DNA of 64,000 nucleotides from Bdellovibrio sp. (GCA_036676395.1 JAKFCY010000002.1:160001-224000), one strand, 5' to 3'; positions 41,150 to 50,731 are shown, counted from the stretch's first letter. Notes: generated by a model from the sequence alone, not told the origin. Numbers and translations: made by a program.

Positions 41150-41162
41150 CTTACAGTGTAAG
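41150..41162. promoter_or_regulatory. Probable LexA operator
   Basis: Perfect palindrome CTTAC-agt-GTAAG immediately upstream of lexA; matches the TTAC-N3-GTAA box I recall for Bdellovibrio LexA. Confidence 0.8.
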
Positions 41163-41187
41163 AAATATGTAAGTCAACAGCTTATTT

Positions 41188-41370
41188 TTATAATTTTTCT
41201 TTAGGACCATGGCCTGGTTGATCTGGCAGGCTGGCCGGTTTTTTCTCGCCAGAAGGCTCAGGGGCATTCACGGTGTGCTTCGGCGCGGAAGAACAGTTCT
41301 GATAGAACAATAAAACAAACGGATTCGCGATGAATAACAGGGCTAACATTAAACTACTCTTTTTCGCCAT
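41188..41370 (-). CDS. Small lipoprotein with FYQNC lipobox
   Basis: Strong AAGGAG RBS; hydrophobic stretch ending LFYQNC, typical of Bdellovibrionota lipoproteins; start may be 41376 or 41370. Confidence 0.7.
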   Translation of the reverse strand: MAKKSSLMLALLFIANPFVLLFYQNCSSAPKHTVNAPEPSGEKKPASLPDQPGHGPKEKL

Positions 41371-41477
41371 TAACATATCTCCTTAAACTAAAGTCTGGTC
41401 TCGGCATAAATTACCTATCGGAGTGTGCGAGAAAAAACCTGAGGACTTTTTTGCACAGATATGGTCATATTTTGAGA

Positions 41478-42341
41478 ATGCAATTCTTCAGTCTCATTTT
41501 GATCACAGTAAACTTATTTTCGATGAATGCCGGGGCGCAAGTTTCTCAGACCGAAACTGTTTCTGGTGCGGTTGTGCAAGACGCGCAAACATTATCGCAG
41601 TGGTGTATTGAATCTTTAGGTAAATACAAAAATTATAAAGCTCAGTCTAATCTTGAGAAATCTTGTGAAAAGATTTTGCAAAAACAAGGTTGCGCTTCTG
41701 TCGATGGCAAACCCATTTTTCACCTCGATCAAAAAGGTAAAAATAACAAAGCCAAAAATATTTTAGTGATCAGTGTTATTCACGGTGATGAAATCGGTGC
41801 CGGGTCGCTAGGCCGTTATTGGTTTGAACGCGTGCAAGAAATTGATCCGCGTAATAACTGGCGTATTATTCCTATCGCAAATCCTGATGGTGCACTTAAA
41901 AAGACTCGCACCAATGCAGCTGGTGTTGATTTGAATCGTAATTTTCCAACGGCTGACTGGGAAGCCGAAGCCACGAAATTCTGGAAAAATAAATCTCAGG
42001 GTTCAGTACGTAAATTTCCTGGTGAAAAACCAGCAAGTGAACCAGAAGTGAATTGCTTAATGGATCATATTCAGGAATTCAAGCCACAGTTTGTAATTTC
42101 AGTACATACACCACTGAATGTTTTAGATTATGATGGGCCGAAGGTGCCAGCACCGAATTACAGTTATTTACCTTGGCGTCGTTTAGGAAATTTTCCGGGC
42201 AGTCTTGGAAGATATCTTTGGGTCGAACAAAAAATTCCGGTATTAACAGCTGAATTAAAACCTAATTTACCTGTAGGCAGCAAGGTGTTTGATCAGTTGC
42301 AAGATGTGATCGGTCAGCTTGTACAAACCGATTTAAAATAA
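41478..42341 (+). CDS. M14 zinc carboxypeptidase / murein peptide amidase A-like
   Basis: HGDE, NPDG, DLNRNFP, ISVH, PGSLG, E; signal peptide. Confidence 0.85.
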   Translation: MQFFSLILITVNLFSMNAGAQVSQTETVSGAVVQDAQTLSQWCIESLGKYKNYKAQSNLEKSCEKILQKQGCASVDGKPIFHLDQKGKNNKAKNILVISVIHGDEIGAGSLGRYWFERVQEIDPRNNWRIIPIANPDGALKKTRTNAAGVDLNRNFPTADWEAEATKFWKNKSQGSVRKFPGEKPASEPEVNCLMDHIQEFKPQFVISVHTPLNVLDYDGPKVPAPNYSYLPWRRLGNFPGSLGRYLWVEQKIPVLTAELKPNLPVGSKVFDQLQDVIGQLVQTDLK

Positions 42342-42347
42342 TTAAAA

Positions 42348-42683
42348 CTAAATTTTGATATCAAGAGCCCAGATAACAAACTTGGCTGAATGCATGGCCA
42401 TTGTAGGCACGAGGGTGATGGCAAAAAAGATCAAGGTCTTCATTTGCTGCGAAACACTTCGTTCATCGCTTAATGAAAGAATACTTCCAGTAATAAATAC
42501 CGTAAGAAAAATAATCACCGTCATAATATTCAAAGTGAGCGTGCTGGCAGGGCTTGCAGCCCCAAAGCTTAAAAATTCAAACAATAAAACTAAGGGATAT
42601 GCCACGTAGGTTAAAAGTAAACCTACGCCTGACATTTGCTGGTTTAACGAAAAAATTCGTATTGAACGGTTTTTAGATTTCAT
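42348..42683 (-). CDS. Hypothetical membrane protein (3 TM)
   Basis: Three hydrophobic segments; fills the gap between genes. Confidence 0.55.
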   Translation of the reverse strand: MKSKNRSIRIFSLNQQMSGVGLLLTYVAYPLVLLFEFLSFGAASPASTLTLNIMTVIIFLTVFITGSILSLSDERSVSQQMKTLIFFAITLVPTMAMHSAKFVIWALDIKI

Positions 42684-42704
42684 AATACTCTATCGGCTTA
42701 AAAT

Positions 42705-43169
42705 TTAGTGAACTTGTGTATTTTCGCAGGCCTGTTGAATCGCATTTAAGCGATCTTGTGGGCTTTCGACTTCGTCTTGAATTTCAGAAAGACGACCCAG
42801 CATGGCCTCTGTAGCTGCAGTAATCGCGTCATAAATATCATGACCGAAACCTTCAGCTTCAATGGTAGCTTCATTTTCTTTTAAGACGATGGCTATACGA
42901 TAGGGGTAATGATTATCACTAGAGTCATAGTCTTGCGAGATCACGTGATCTTCATCGGCATATGCATCTTCTGGGTTACGAGCTAATACGATGACATTCG
43001 TTTCTGGTGTCACGTATTGGGTAAACTCGTTAATTTGTTGATAGATAAATGACTTCACTTCCGGATCTGTCTCAATCAGATGCAGTGTGTCCGTAAGGGC
43101 CGCTTTTCCTTGGAGGTTGGTTTTATTTTTCTTAGCTGCCTGTTTCTTGTTAAGCATTTTTCGAGCCAT
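42705..43169 (-). CDS. HPF/RaiA (S30EA)-like protein, divergent
   Basis: GGAGG RBS; IEAEGFGHDIYDAITAATEAM resembles the HPF DLYAAID helix. Confidence 0.5.
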   Translation of the reverse strand: MARKMLNKKQAAKKNKTNLQGKAALTDTLHLIETDPEVKSFIYQQINEFTQYVTPETNVIVLARNPEDAYADEDHVISQDYDSSDNHYPYRIAIVLKENEATIEAEGFGHDIYDAITAATEAMLGRLSEIQDEVESPQDRLNAIQQACENTQVH

Positions 43170-43312
43170 AGTGTCCTCCCATATCTGTTCTTTAATTTTA
43201 ACATTGTGTTCTCGATTACAGAAGTCTAAGTCCTCAAAAAAACTATTTATTTTCTTAGCTGCAGTAAATTAACGCTCGTGTCTCGACCTAAGTCATTGTA
43301 TCAATTTGGTAT

Positions 43313-43981
43313 ATGGTAAACATAAAACTTTCTGATAGCTGGCATAATCAATTACAATCCGAGTTCCAATCTGACTACATGAAAGCTCTTTCTAAGTTTC
43401 TGCAAAAAGAATACGAGAGCGGTAAAGTTATTTATCCTGATGCGAAAAAATATTTTAACGCACTAGATTTAGTTGAACTAAAAAATGTGAAAGTAGTTAT
43501 TCTGGGGCAAGATCCCTATCACGGTGCAGGACAAGCGCACGGGCTAAGTTTTTCAGTGCCTGAAGGCGTGCGACTTCCGCCGTCTTTAAAAAATATTTTT
43601 AAAGAATTAAAAGATGACTTAGGAAAAGAAATTCCAACAACCGGAAATTTAGAACGCTGGGCTAAACAAGGGGTACTTTTATTAAATGCAGTTCTGACAG
43701 TTGAAGAAAGTAAAGCGGCGGCTCACCAAAAAAAAGGGTGGGAGCAATTCACAGATAAAATTATCGAAGTGGTGAATCGCGAATGCGATCATGTCGTGTT
43801 TATTTTATGGGGTGCCTATGCGCAGAAGAAAGCCGCGTTCGTTGATCGTGAAAAGCATCTGGTGCTAGAGAGTGTGCATCCATCGCCGTTATCCTCACAC
43901 CGTGGATTTTTCGGTTCTAAGCCATTTTCGCAGGCGAATAAATGGCTTAAGGCTAAAGGGCTAGCTCCTATAGACTGGTAG
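43313..43981 (+). CDS. ung: Uracil-DNA glycosylase family 1
   Basis: GQDPYH, GLSFSV, PPSL.NI, GVLLLN, HPSPLS. Confidence 0.97.
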   Translation: MVNIKLSDSWHNQLQSEFQSDYMKALSKFLQKEYESGKVIYPDAKKYFNALDLVELKNVKVVILGQDPYHGAGQAHGLSFSVPEGVRLPPSLKNIFKELKDDLGKEIPTTGNLERWAKQGVLLLNAVLTVEESKAAAHQKKGWEQFTDKIIEVVNRECDHVVFILWGAYAQKKAAFVDREKHLVLESVHPSPLSSHRGFFGSKPFSQANKWLKAKGLAPIDW

Positions 43982-44005
43982 GCTGATAGCGCCTAAACTA
44001 AAAGC

Positions 44006-44593
44006 ATGAAAAAAATATTTTTAGTTTTAGCGTCGTTAGGCTTTAGTTTACAAACTTTTGCAGACCCTTGTGGTGCGAAATCAATTAAAGTCGGCAGTGA
44101 TAAATTAGAGCTTATTAAAATCACGGATAAACCAGAAAAAACTATGCAAGGCCAACCAATTAAAGGCGCTGATGAAGTTTTAATTTCTGGAATTTATATG
44201 TTTGTTCGCAATGGCCAGACATGGAATATCTACCGCTGTGCCGATGATACTAACAGCCTAAATTTAAATAACTGCGTTGTTAAAAATGATTTCGAATTCG
44301 GAAATCTTGTTAAACGCTACGGATCTTCCGGAATTACAGTGCGAAAAACTGATTCAAATAGATTGCAAGTCAGATTGAATGTCGCTGGTAATGAAGAGTT
44401 AGATTATTACGATGTGCGCGCTACTGAAAAAGGTATGGAAGTTATTCAAAACCAGTACAAAGAAAATAAAGTGCAAAGACATTTAAGTCAGCACGAACAA
44501 GTTTCATTAGGTGTTTGTTCAAAAGCTGAATCATCGAACGCGCCGAATGGAAAGCCTGCAAAAAAATCTTCGCCAGTTGATGTTAATCGTTAA
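44006..44593 (+). CDS. Hypothetical secreted protein
   Basis: Signal peptide ending TFA; four Cys. Confidence 0.6.
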   Translation: MKKIFLVLASLGFSLQTFADPCGAKSIKVGSDKLELIKITDKPEKTMQGQPIKGADEVLISGIYMFVRNGQTWNIYRCADDTNSLNLNNCVVKNDFEFGNLVKRYGSSGITVRKTDSNRLQVRLNVAGNEELDYYDVRATEKGMEVIQNQYKENKVQRHLSQHEQVSLGVCSKAESSNAPNGKPAKKSSPVDVNR

Positions 44594-44614
44594 AATTTAG
44601 GTCTTTAAAATGCA

Positions 44615-44647
44615 AAAAGCGAAATGAGCTTACGCCATTTCGCTTTT
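44615..44647. terminator. Bidirectional terminator-like hairpin
   Basis: AAAAGCGAAATG/CATTTCGCTTTT 12-bp stem; the minus-strand tail reads TTTTTGCATTTT. Confidence 0.75.
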
Positions 44648-44687
44648 ACAAGATATTCAGGCTTCATTCCGAAGAAAGGAGCCGAAT

Positions 44688-44810
44688 ATCGGAACTTATA
44701 TATCCACGTATATAACTTTTCGGAATAATAAGCGAAAACTTAAGTATTACCTCTGGCTAGTTTTATGTCTTCTCGAAGTCATAAAGCGTATCTTAGACTT
44801 AATACGATAG
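44688..44810 (+). CDS. 40-aa basic/hydrophobic peptide, putative type I toxin (non-canonical ATC start)
   Basis: AAGGAG 6 nt upstream of ATC; (I/M)GTYISTYITFRNNKRKLKYYLWLVLCLLEVIKRILDLIR*. Confidence 0.5.
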   Translation: MGTYISTYITFRNNKRKLKYYLWLVLCLLEVIKRILDLIR

Positions 44811-44937
44811 AGTCAGTTTGTTAGAGGATTCTTTCTAGATCACCGTCTGCGTACATTGATCATCGGAAGAAGTTTCGGGTAAATTGGAAAAGTCACTGCG
44901 TGACTGCGCAGAGACCTAATTCGGAATGGCGTTAAGC

Positions 44938-46767
44938 TCACTTACTTACTAAGTGAGCGAGCTCTTGTTTTTTAATCTCTAAATTTTCCATGTGATTCAT
45001 CAAAGCTTCTTCCATGTTTTCAGTCTCAGTGTTTAAAGCTGCGGCCTGTTTGGCTAATTCTTGCGCCTGTTGGCCTTGAGCGGTGATCAGAGTCGAAGTT
45101 AATTCAGTTTGTTTTTCAGCTTGGCGAAATAATAACTCTTCGGTTTTAAGAATTTTTCGCTCTAATTCTTTAATTTCAGAATTTAAACGTTTGGTTTCTT
45201 CTTTATAGTTAAACTTTTTCTCTGAAGATTCAGAGTTAGTCACAACTTTTTCCACCACGATTGGCGTATCAACGCGTTCGCTTAAGATGCCCTTTTCTAA
45301 ACTCCATAAGTATTCGTCATATGACCCTAAGTATTTTTCGATCGTGCCGTTTCTGACTTCGACAATTTGTGTAGTCACTTGTTTTAGAAAAGTACGATCA
45401 TGGCTGACTAAGATCACTGTGCCGTTAAACTCAGAAAGCGCTACAGCTAGGGCATTCACGGTATCAAAATCTAAGTGATTCGTTGGCTCATCCAGAAGTA
45501 AGAGTGGATTTTTTTGTAATAACACTTGGCCTAAGGCCACGCGTGTTTTTTCGCCGCCAGAAAGCACTTTGATTTTTTTATAAATGCTATCGCCAGAAAA
45601 CAACAAAGAGCCTGCCATATTTAAAATGTCTTGAGCCATATTGTCTTTATGAGCTTTTCGTTGAAGCGCGTCTAAGACGGTATCGTTATCTAATAAATCA
45701 TCGGCTAAGTGCTGGGCAAAATAAGAATGGCGCACTTGATGGCCCCATTTAAGTTCGCCTGTGATTAACGGAATTTTTTCAGCAATAGATTTTAATAACG
45801 TCGATTTACCGGCGCCGTTAAAACCAACAATACCAATTTTTTGACCGCGCTCGATCGTGACGTTCACATTTTTAAGAATAACTTTATCTGCACTATAACC
45901 AAGATTGGCATTTGTCAGAGATAAAATTTCTTTTCCGGTCGGTGTAGCTACGGGTAAGTTAATAATCGCCCGCGGCGGTAATTTCTTGATTTCGACTTGT
46001 TCTAAGCGATCTAAACTTTTCAAGCGACTTTGCGCTTGTTTGGCTTTGGTGGCTTTAGCTCTGAATTTATCGACGAAATCTTGAATGTGCTTACGTTTGT
46101 TTTCGATTTGCACAGCTTTGGCTTCTAATAAACGCTTTAATTCAGCCTTTTGTTCGAAGTAATCATCAATATGACCCGGAAATTTCACAATATCACCAGC
46201 TTCGACTTCTAAAGTGTATTCAGTCGTGCGACGTAAAAATTCGCGGTCATGCGAGATCAATAAAAACGCCTGTTTATGATTTTGCAAAAAGTTTTCTAAA
46301 GTTAGAATGCTTTCTAAATCTAAAAAGTTGGTCGGCTCATCCAAAAGCATGATGTCTGGCTCTAGCCCGATCAGGTAAAGAAGCTTCATGCGCATACGAT
46401 AGCCGCCTGAAAGCTGTGTCAATTTTCCGGCAAAGTGACTCTCTTGTAAGCCAAGCCCAAGGCCGATTTGCTTTAATTCCCAAATGGGCTTGATGCAATT
46501 GTCTTTAAGGTAGTCTTCAGAGTTCACATCGACTGTCCAATCGGACTCTTGCTCGAGGTAGCCGATGCGTAAACCATTAGCTTTTGTGACTTCGCCGTTA
46601 TCTAAATGCTCTATACCCACGATAATTTTGAATAGAGTGGATTTGCCAGCTCCATTGGGGCCGATCACGCCAACGTGTTCGCCTTGATTAATGGAAAAGC
46701 CGGCGTTATCAAAAAGGATTTTTGAGCCATATTGCTTAGATGCATTGTAGAGTTGAAGCAGATTCAT
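44938..46767 (-). CDS. ABC-F family ATPase (YheS/Uup-like)
   Basis: Two GxNGAGKST Walker A motifs, LSGG, two LLDEPTN, no TM, C-terminal coiled coil. Confidence 0.93.
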   Translation of the reverse strand: MNLLQLYNASKQYGSKILFDNAGFSINQGEHVGVIGPNGAGKSTLFKIIVGIEHLDNGEVTKANGLRIGYLEQESDWTVDVNSEDYLKDNCIKPIWELKQIGLGLGLQESHFAGKLTQLSGGYRMRMKLLYLIGLEPDIMLLDEPTNFLDLESILTLENFLQNHKQAFLLISHDREFLRRTTEYTLEVEAGDIVKFPGHIDDYFEQKAELKRLLEAKAVQIENKRKHIQDFVDKFRAKATKAKQAQSRLKSLDRLEQVEIKKLPPRAIINLPVATPTGKEILSLTNANLGYSADKVILKNVNVTIERGQKIGIVGFNGAGKSTLLKSIAEKIPLITGELKWGHQVRHSYFAQHLADDLLDNDTVLDALQRKAHKDNMAQDILNMAGSLLFSGDSIYKKIKVLSGGEKTRVALGQVLLQKNPLLLLDEPTNHLDFDTVNALAVALSEFNGTVILVSHDRTFLKQVTTQIVEVRNGTIEKYLGSYDEYLWSLEKGILSERVDTPIVVEKVVTNSESSEKKFNYKEETKRLNSEIKELERKILKTEELLFRQAEKQTELTSTLITAQGQQAQELAKQAAALNTETENMEEALMNHMENLEIKKQELAHLVSK

Positions 46768-46817
46768 TTCTGTGCCACATTACTAGAGTTTTCATAATGT
46801 TTAAAGGGGAGATTTTA

Positions 46818-48398
46818 ATGAAAAAGGTATTTTTAGCCGCATTGTTATTGCCGTTGTTCGCACAAGCTGCAGACAACTTCATTTTTTGTACAGAAGGAAG
46901 TCCGTCTTCTTTCAATCCACAAATCGTAACTGACGGAACAAGCATGAATGCTTCTTCACAAGCGATTTTCAATCGTTTAGTTGAGTTTAAACCAGGCACA
47001 ACTGAAGTTATGCCAAGCTTAGCCGAATCTTGGACACTTTCTAAAGACCGTAAAACATACACTTTCAAATTGCGTAAAGGTGTAAAGTTTCATGCAAACG
47101 CAGCGTTCACGCCGACACGCGAATTTAACGCTAACGATGTAGTTTACACTTTCAAAACTCAGTTAGATCCAAAACATCCATTATCAATTCCGGCAGCTTC
47201 TTATGATTACTTCAAAGCTATGGAATTAGATGCTTTAATTTCTGATGTTAAAAAAACTGACGACTACACAGTGGTGTTTGAATTAAAACGTCCTGAATCT
47301 CCATTCTTGGCTAATTTAGGAATGGATTTCGCTTCTGTTCTTTCTGAAGAGTACGCGCAATCTTTAATTAAATCTGGCAAAGGTTTAAAAACTTTAGAAA
47401 CAGCTCCAATCGGAACTGGTCCATTTGTTTTTAAATCTTACCAAAAAGATTCAACAATCAAGTACACAGCTAATCCAACTTACTGGAAAGGCAAACCGAA
47501 AATCGAAAACTTAATTTTCGTGATCGTTGCTGATTCAACAGTGCGTACACAAAAAATGAAATCTGGCGAATGTCACATCATGAGTGAAGTGCAACCGCAA
47601 GATATCGAAGCGTTATCTAAAAACCCTGCTGTTAAAATTCAAAACGCAGCTGGTCTTAACGTGTCTTACATCGCGTTTAACACCGAGAAAAAACCTTTCG
47701 ACAACTTAAAAGTTCGTGAAGCGATTTCTTTAGCTTTAAATAAAAAGTCTTACCTTGATGTGATTTACAAAGCACAAGGTATGGCTGCGAAAAATCCAAT
47801 TCCACCGACAATGTGGTCTTATAATAACAAAACAGCTGATTCATCTTACGATGTTGAAAAAGCGAAAAAGTTATTAGCTGAAGCAGGACATCCGAATGGT
47901 TTTGAAACTGAATTATGGACAATGCCAGTCGCTCGTCCGTACTTACCAAACGGTAAAAAATTAGGTGAGTTAGTTCAGGCTGACTTGGCTAAAATCGGTG
48001 TGAAAGTTAAATTAGTAACTTTTGACTGGCCTACATACTTAGAGAAATCTAAAAAAGGTGACCACGCGATGATTCAGTTCGGTTGGACTGGCGATAATGG
48101 TGACCCCGATAACTTTATGAACGTTATGTTAGGCTGCGCTGCCGTTAAAGCAGGTTCTAATTATGCGCGTTGGTGTCATAAAGAATTCGACAACTTATTA
48201 CAACAAGCTAAAGAAGAATCAGCGGTTGCAAAACGTACTTCACTTTACATGAAGGCACAGGAAATTTTTGCTAAAGAAAAACCATGGTACCCAGTAGCTC
48301 ACTCAAAACAAAACAAAGTGATGTCTGCTAAAGTGCAAGGCTACAAAATCAGTCCACTTGGTAACGAAAACTTTGAAGCGGTTTCATTGTCGAAATAA
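46818..48398 (+). CDS. dppA: Dipeptide ABC transporter substrate-binding protein
   Basis: FCTEGSP, PIGTGPF, RPY.PN, GWTGDNGDPDNF; start at ATG 46818. Confidence 0.92.
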   Translation: MKKVFLAALLLPLFAQAADNFIFCTEGSPSSFNPQIVTDGTSMNASSQAIFNRLVEFKPGTTEVMPSLAESWTLSKDRKTYTFKLRKGVKFHANAAFTPTREFNANDVVYTFKTQLDPKHPLSIPAASYDYFKAMELDALISDVKKTDDYTVVFELKRPESPFLANLGMDFASVLSEEYAQSLIKSGKGLKTLETAPIGTGPFVFKSYQKDSTIKYTANPTYWKGKPKIENLIFVIVADSTVRTQKMKSGECHIMSEVQPQDIEALSKNPAVKIQNAAGLNVSYIAFNTEKKPFDNLKVREAISLALNKKSYLDVIYKAQGMAAKNPIPPTMWSYNNKTADSSYDVEKAKKLLAEAGHPNGFETELWTMPVARPYLPNGKKLGELVQADLAKIGVKVKLVTFDWPTYLEKSKKGDHAMIQFGWTGDNGDPDNFMNVMLGCAAVKAGSNYARWCHKEFDNLLQQAKEESAVAKRTSLYMKAQEIFAKEKPWYPVAHSKQNKVMSAKVQGYKISPLGNENFEAVSLSK

Positions 48399-49411
48399 TG
48401 GCGATACTTAAAGGTCTTTTAAAAGTTACAGGTTATTTTCTTTTTATCAGCTTGATGAGTTTTTCAATCATCAGGCTGATTCCCGGAGATCCCGCTCTAC
48501 ATATTATTGGTGAGCGCGGAGCCAGCGAAGAACGCGTGGCTGAAATCAGAAAAAATTTGGGATTGGATCAACCACTTCCAATTCAGTTTTTGAAATTTTC
48601 AGCTAATGCTCTTGTCGGTAATTTCGGTGAATCTACCGTTTCGAAACAACCCGTACTTAGTGAATTTAAAGTGTTATGGCCTGCGACGGTTGAATTAGCC
48701 TTCGTGGCTTTGCTTTGGTCTTCGCTTGTCGGTCTTGGTTTAGGAATGTTAGCTGCTGTGAAAAGAAATTCGTTTTGGGATTACGGTGCAGTTAGTTTAT
48801 CGACATTGGGTTTTGCCATGCCGATTTTCTGGTGGGGCTTAATCGTTATTTTCTTTTTCTCGGTTAAACTTGGCCTTTTTCCGGTTTCTGGCCGTATTGA
48901 TGTGATGTTTGATATTCCTTATAAGACAGGATTTTATTTTCTCGACACGTTATTATCAGGTCAATGGGATGCGTTCGTATCAGCTTGTAAATACGTGGTG
49001 TTGCCGGCATTCGTGTTAGGAACTGTTCCCCTGGCTTTAATCGTTCGCGTCAGTCGTGCATCGATTATCGATGTTGCTGAAGAAGATTACGTACGTACAG
49101 CCAGATCTAAAGGTCTTCCATATAAACAGATTTTATTTAAACATATTTTTAAAAATGCACTGCCACAGATTTTAACTTCGATTGGGCTCGCTATGGGTCA
49201 GTTATTAACTGGCGCGATCTTAACTGAAACGTTATTTTCATGGCCGGGCATGGGCCGCTGGATTATTAAATCTATTGAAGCTCGTGATTACCCAGTCGTG
49301 CAAGCAGGCGTGTTCTATTCAATGTTAATTGTTATTATCGTCAATTGGATCACCGATGAATCGGTAAAAATTGTAAGTCCTAAAATGCGCGATCAACAAA
49401 GGGGTGGCTAA
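48398..49411 (+). CDS. dppB: Dipeptide ABC transporter permease
   Basis: IPGDPA, GLDQPL, DYVRTARSKGL, RDYPVVQ. Confidence 0.9.
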   Translation: MAILKGLLKVTGYFLFISLMSFSIIRLIPGDPALHIIGERGASEERVAEIRKNLGLDQPLPIQFLKFSANALVGNFGESTVSKQPVLSEFKVLWPATVELAFVALLWSSLVGLGLGMLAAVKRNSFWDYGAVSLSTLGFAMPIFWWGLIVIFFFSVKLGLFPVSGRIDVMFDIPYKTGFYFLDTLLSGQWDAFVSACKYVVLPAFVLGTVPLALIVRVSRASIIDVAEEDYVRTARSKGLPYKQILFKHIFKNALPQILTSIGLAMGQLLTGAILTETLFSWPGMGRWIIKSIEARDYPVVQAGVFYSMLIVIIVNWITDESVKIVSPKMRDQQRGG

Positions 49412-50229
49412 TGGCAGTCACTGCTACACAAAAACTATTCAGAAATAAAAACGTACTTTACGGAACGGTTTTGTTCGCGTTTTTCGTTTTAGTTTTTATT
49501 GTTTCTTTTTTATGGACCCCATTTGCTTATAACGAAGTGTTTGATGGCATGTCTTTACAGCCAGTCGGCGGAAAATTCTTTTTAGGCACGGATGATTTAG
49601 GTCGTGATTTGCTTTCACGTTTAATGGTTGGCGCACAGTTTTCTTTAGGCATTGGTTTAGTCGTCGGTGGAATTGCAGTCGTGATTGGCGCTGGCTTAGG
49701 TTTATTTGCGGCTTATTATGGTAAGCGCGTAGACCAAGTGTTGAATCAATCAATGAATGCGTTACAGGCGATGCCAAGTTTATTATTGGCTTTGTTTGTG
49801 GTGGCGATCTTGGGGCCAAGTGTAACAAACACGATTATTTCAGTAACTTTGGTTTCTATTCCTACGATGTTTCGTTTGGTGCGTTCACAAGCCCAGGTTG
49901 AAATGGCTAAAGAATACATCCAATCTGCGAAGGCGCTGGGTGCAGGTGATGCGCGAATCATGTTACGTCATTTATTGCCAAACTGTGTAACACCGATTCT
50001 GGTGCAATCAGCGGTTTGTTGTTCTGAGGCGATTTTAAACACAGCCGCTTTAGGTTTCTTAGGGTTAGGAATTCCAGCACCATTCCCTGAATGGGGTACC
50101 ATGCTTGCGGATTCAAAAAATTTAATGGAGACCGCTCCGCACTTGATGTGGATTCCTGGACTTTGTTTGTTATTATTAATCCTATCTACGCAATTGATTA
50201 GCGATGGTTTAAGAGATCATTTAAGCTAA
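49411..50229 (+). CDS. dppC: Dipeptide ABC transporter permease
   Basis: LGTDDLGRDLLSRL, EAA-loop EYIQSAKALGA, PEWG.ML, DGLRD. Confidence 0.9.
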   Translation: MAVTATQKLFRNKNVLYGTVLFAFFVLVFIVSFLWTPFAYNEVFDGMSLQPVGGKFFLGTDDLGRDLLSRLMVGAQFSLGIGLVVGGIAVVIGAGLGLFAAYYGKRVDQVLNQSMNALQAMPSLLLALFVVAILGPSVTNTIISVTLVSIPTMFRLVRSQAQVEMAKEYIQSAKALGAGDARIMLRHLLPNCVTPILVQSAVCCSEAILNTAALGFLGLGIPAPFPEWGTMLADSKNLMETAPHLMWIPGLCLLLLILSTQLISDGLRDHLS

Positions 50230-50233
50230 GTTA

Positions 50234-50731
50234 ATGAATATGCCCGCGGTATTTTTAGATCACAGAAAACGAAATTTAATTCTATGGCTAACGGATATGA
50301 CGATGGCCATAGTTTCTTATTTTTACGTGACTGATCCGTTTTATTTTCAAAGCGTGATGGATCGGATTGATTTTGCCACTCTGCGCCCGGATATGGATCC
50401 TGCGATGTTTCAATCGCCAGTGTTTTTCGAATTTATGTTTCAGGTTATGTCGGTTGTGTCAGTTCTTACGATCGGGATTATCGTCTTATTTCATACCTTG
50501 GCTTTTTATCGCTGCTACCTTCGTAAACCTGTAGCTATTGCTTACGTGAAAATTTATTCGTTCTTAGCGGCTGTTTCATTGCTATTATGGTTCATCTATA
50601 ACATTGAATTAAAGAATATTTTAATTTTAGTTCCTGCGACGATTTACACTTTGGTGTTCTTTGCTGAAAGGCAAAAGCCGTCGGCACTTCCTATTTTTAA
50701 TTCAGTCATTAACGAGAAATCAGAGCCATAA
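50234..50731 (+). CDS. Hypothetical membrane protein
   Basis: About 4 hydrophobic segments; follows dppC by 4 nt. Confidence 0.6.
   Translation: MNMPAVFLDHRKRNLILWLTDMTMAIVSYFYVTDPFYFQSVMDRIDFATLRPDMDPAMFQSPVFFEFMFQVMSVVSVLTIGIIVLFHTLAFYRCYLRKPVAIAYVKIYSFLAAVSLLLWFIYNIELKNILILVPATIYTLVFFAERQKPSALPIFNSVINEKSEP

Larger units (their letters stand above)
44607..44943 (+). ncRNA. Structured putative type I toxin mRNA / antisense locus, copy 1
   Basis: Hairpin 44615-44647; SD-sequestering hairpin 44652-44690; three nested 3'-5' complementarities; shares AAAATGCAAAAAGC with the 54558 locus. Confidence 0.65.

Noticed and set aside
44607..44943. MITE/IS remnant explanation for the 44.6 kb and 54.6 kb elements
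   Set aside because: The complementary arms differ between copies, rely on G-U pairs and bulges, and enclose an SD plus sORF. I saw no target-site duplication or transposase. Disfavoured but not fully excluded.
44900..46767. ABC-F as an antibiotic-resistance (ARE) gene with a leader peptide
   Set aside because: It looks like a housekeeping YheS/Uup type, with only ~50 nt to the divergent dppA and no attenuator. The nearby sORF is downstream and convergent.
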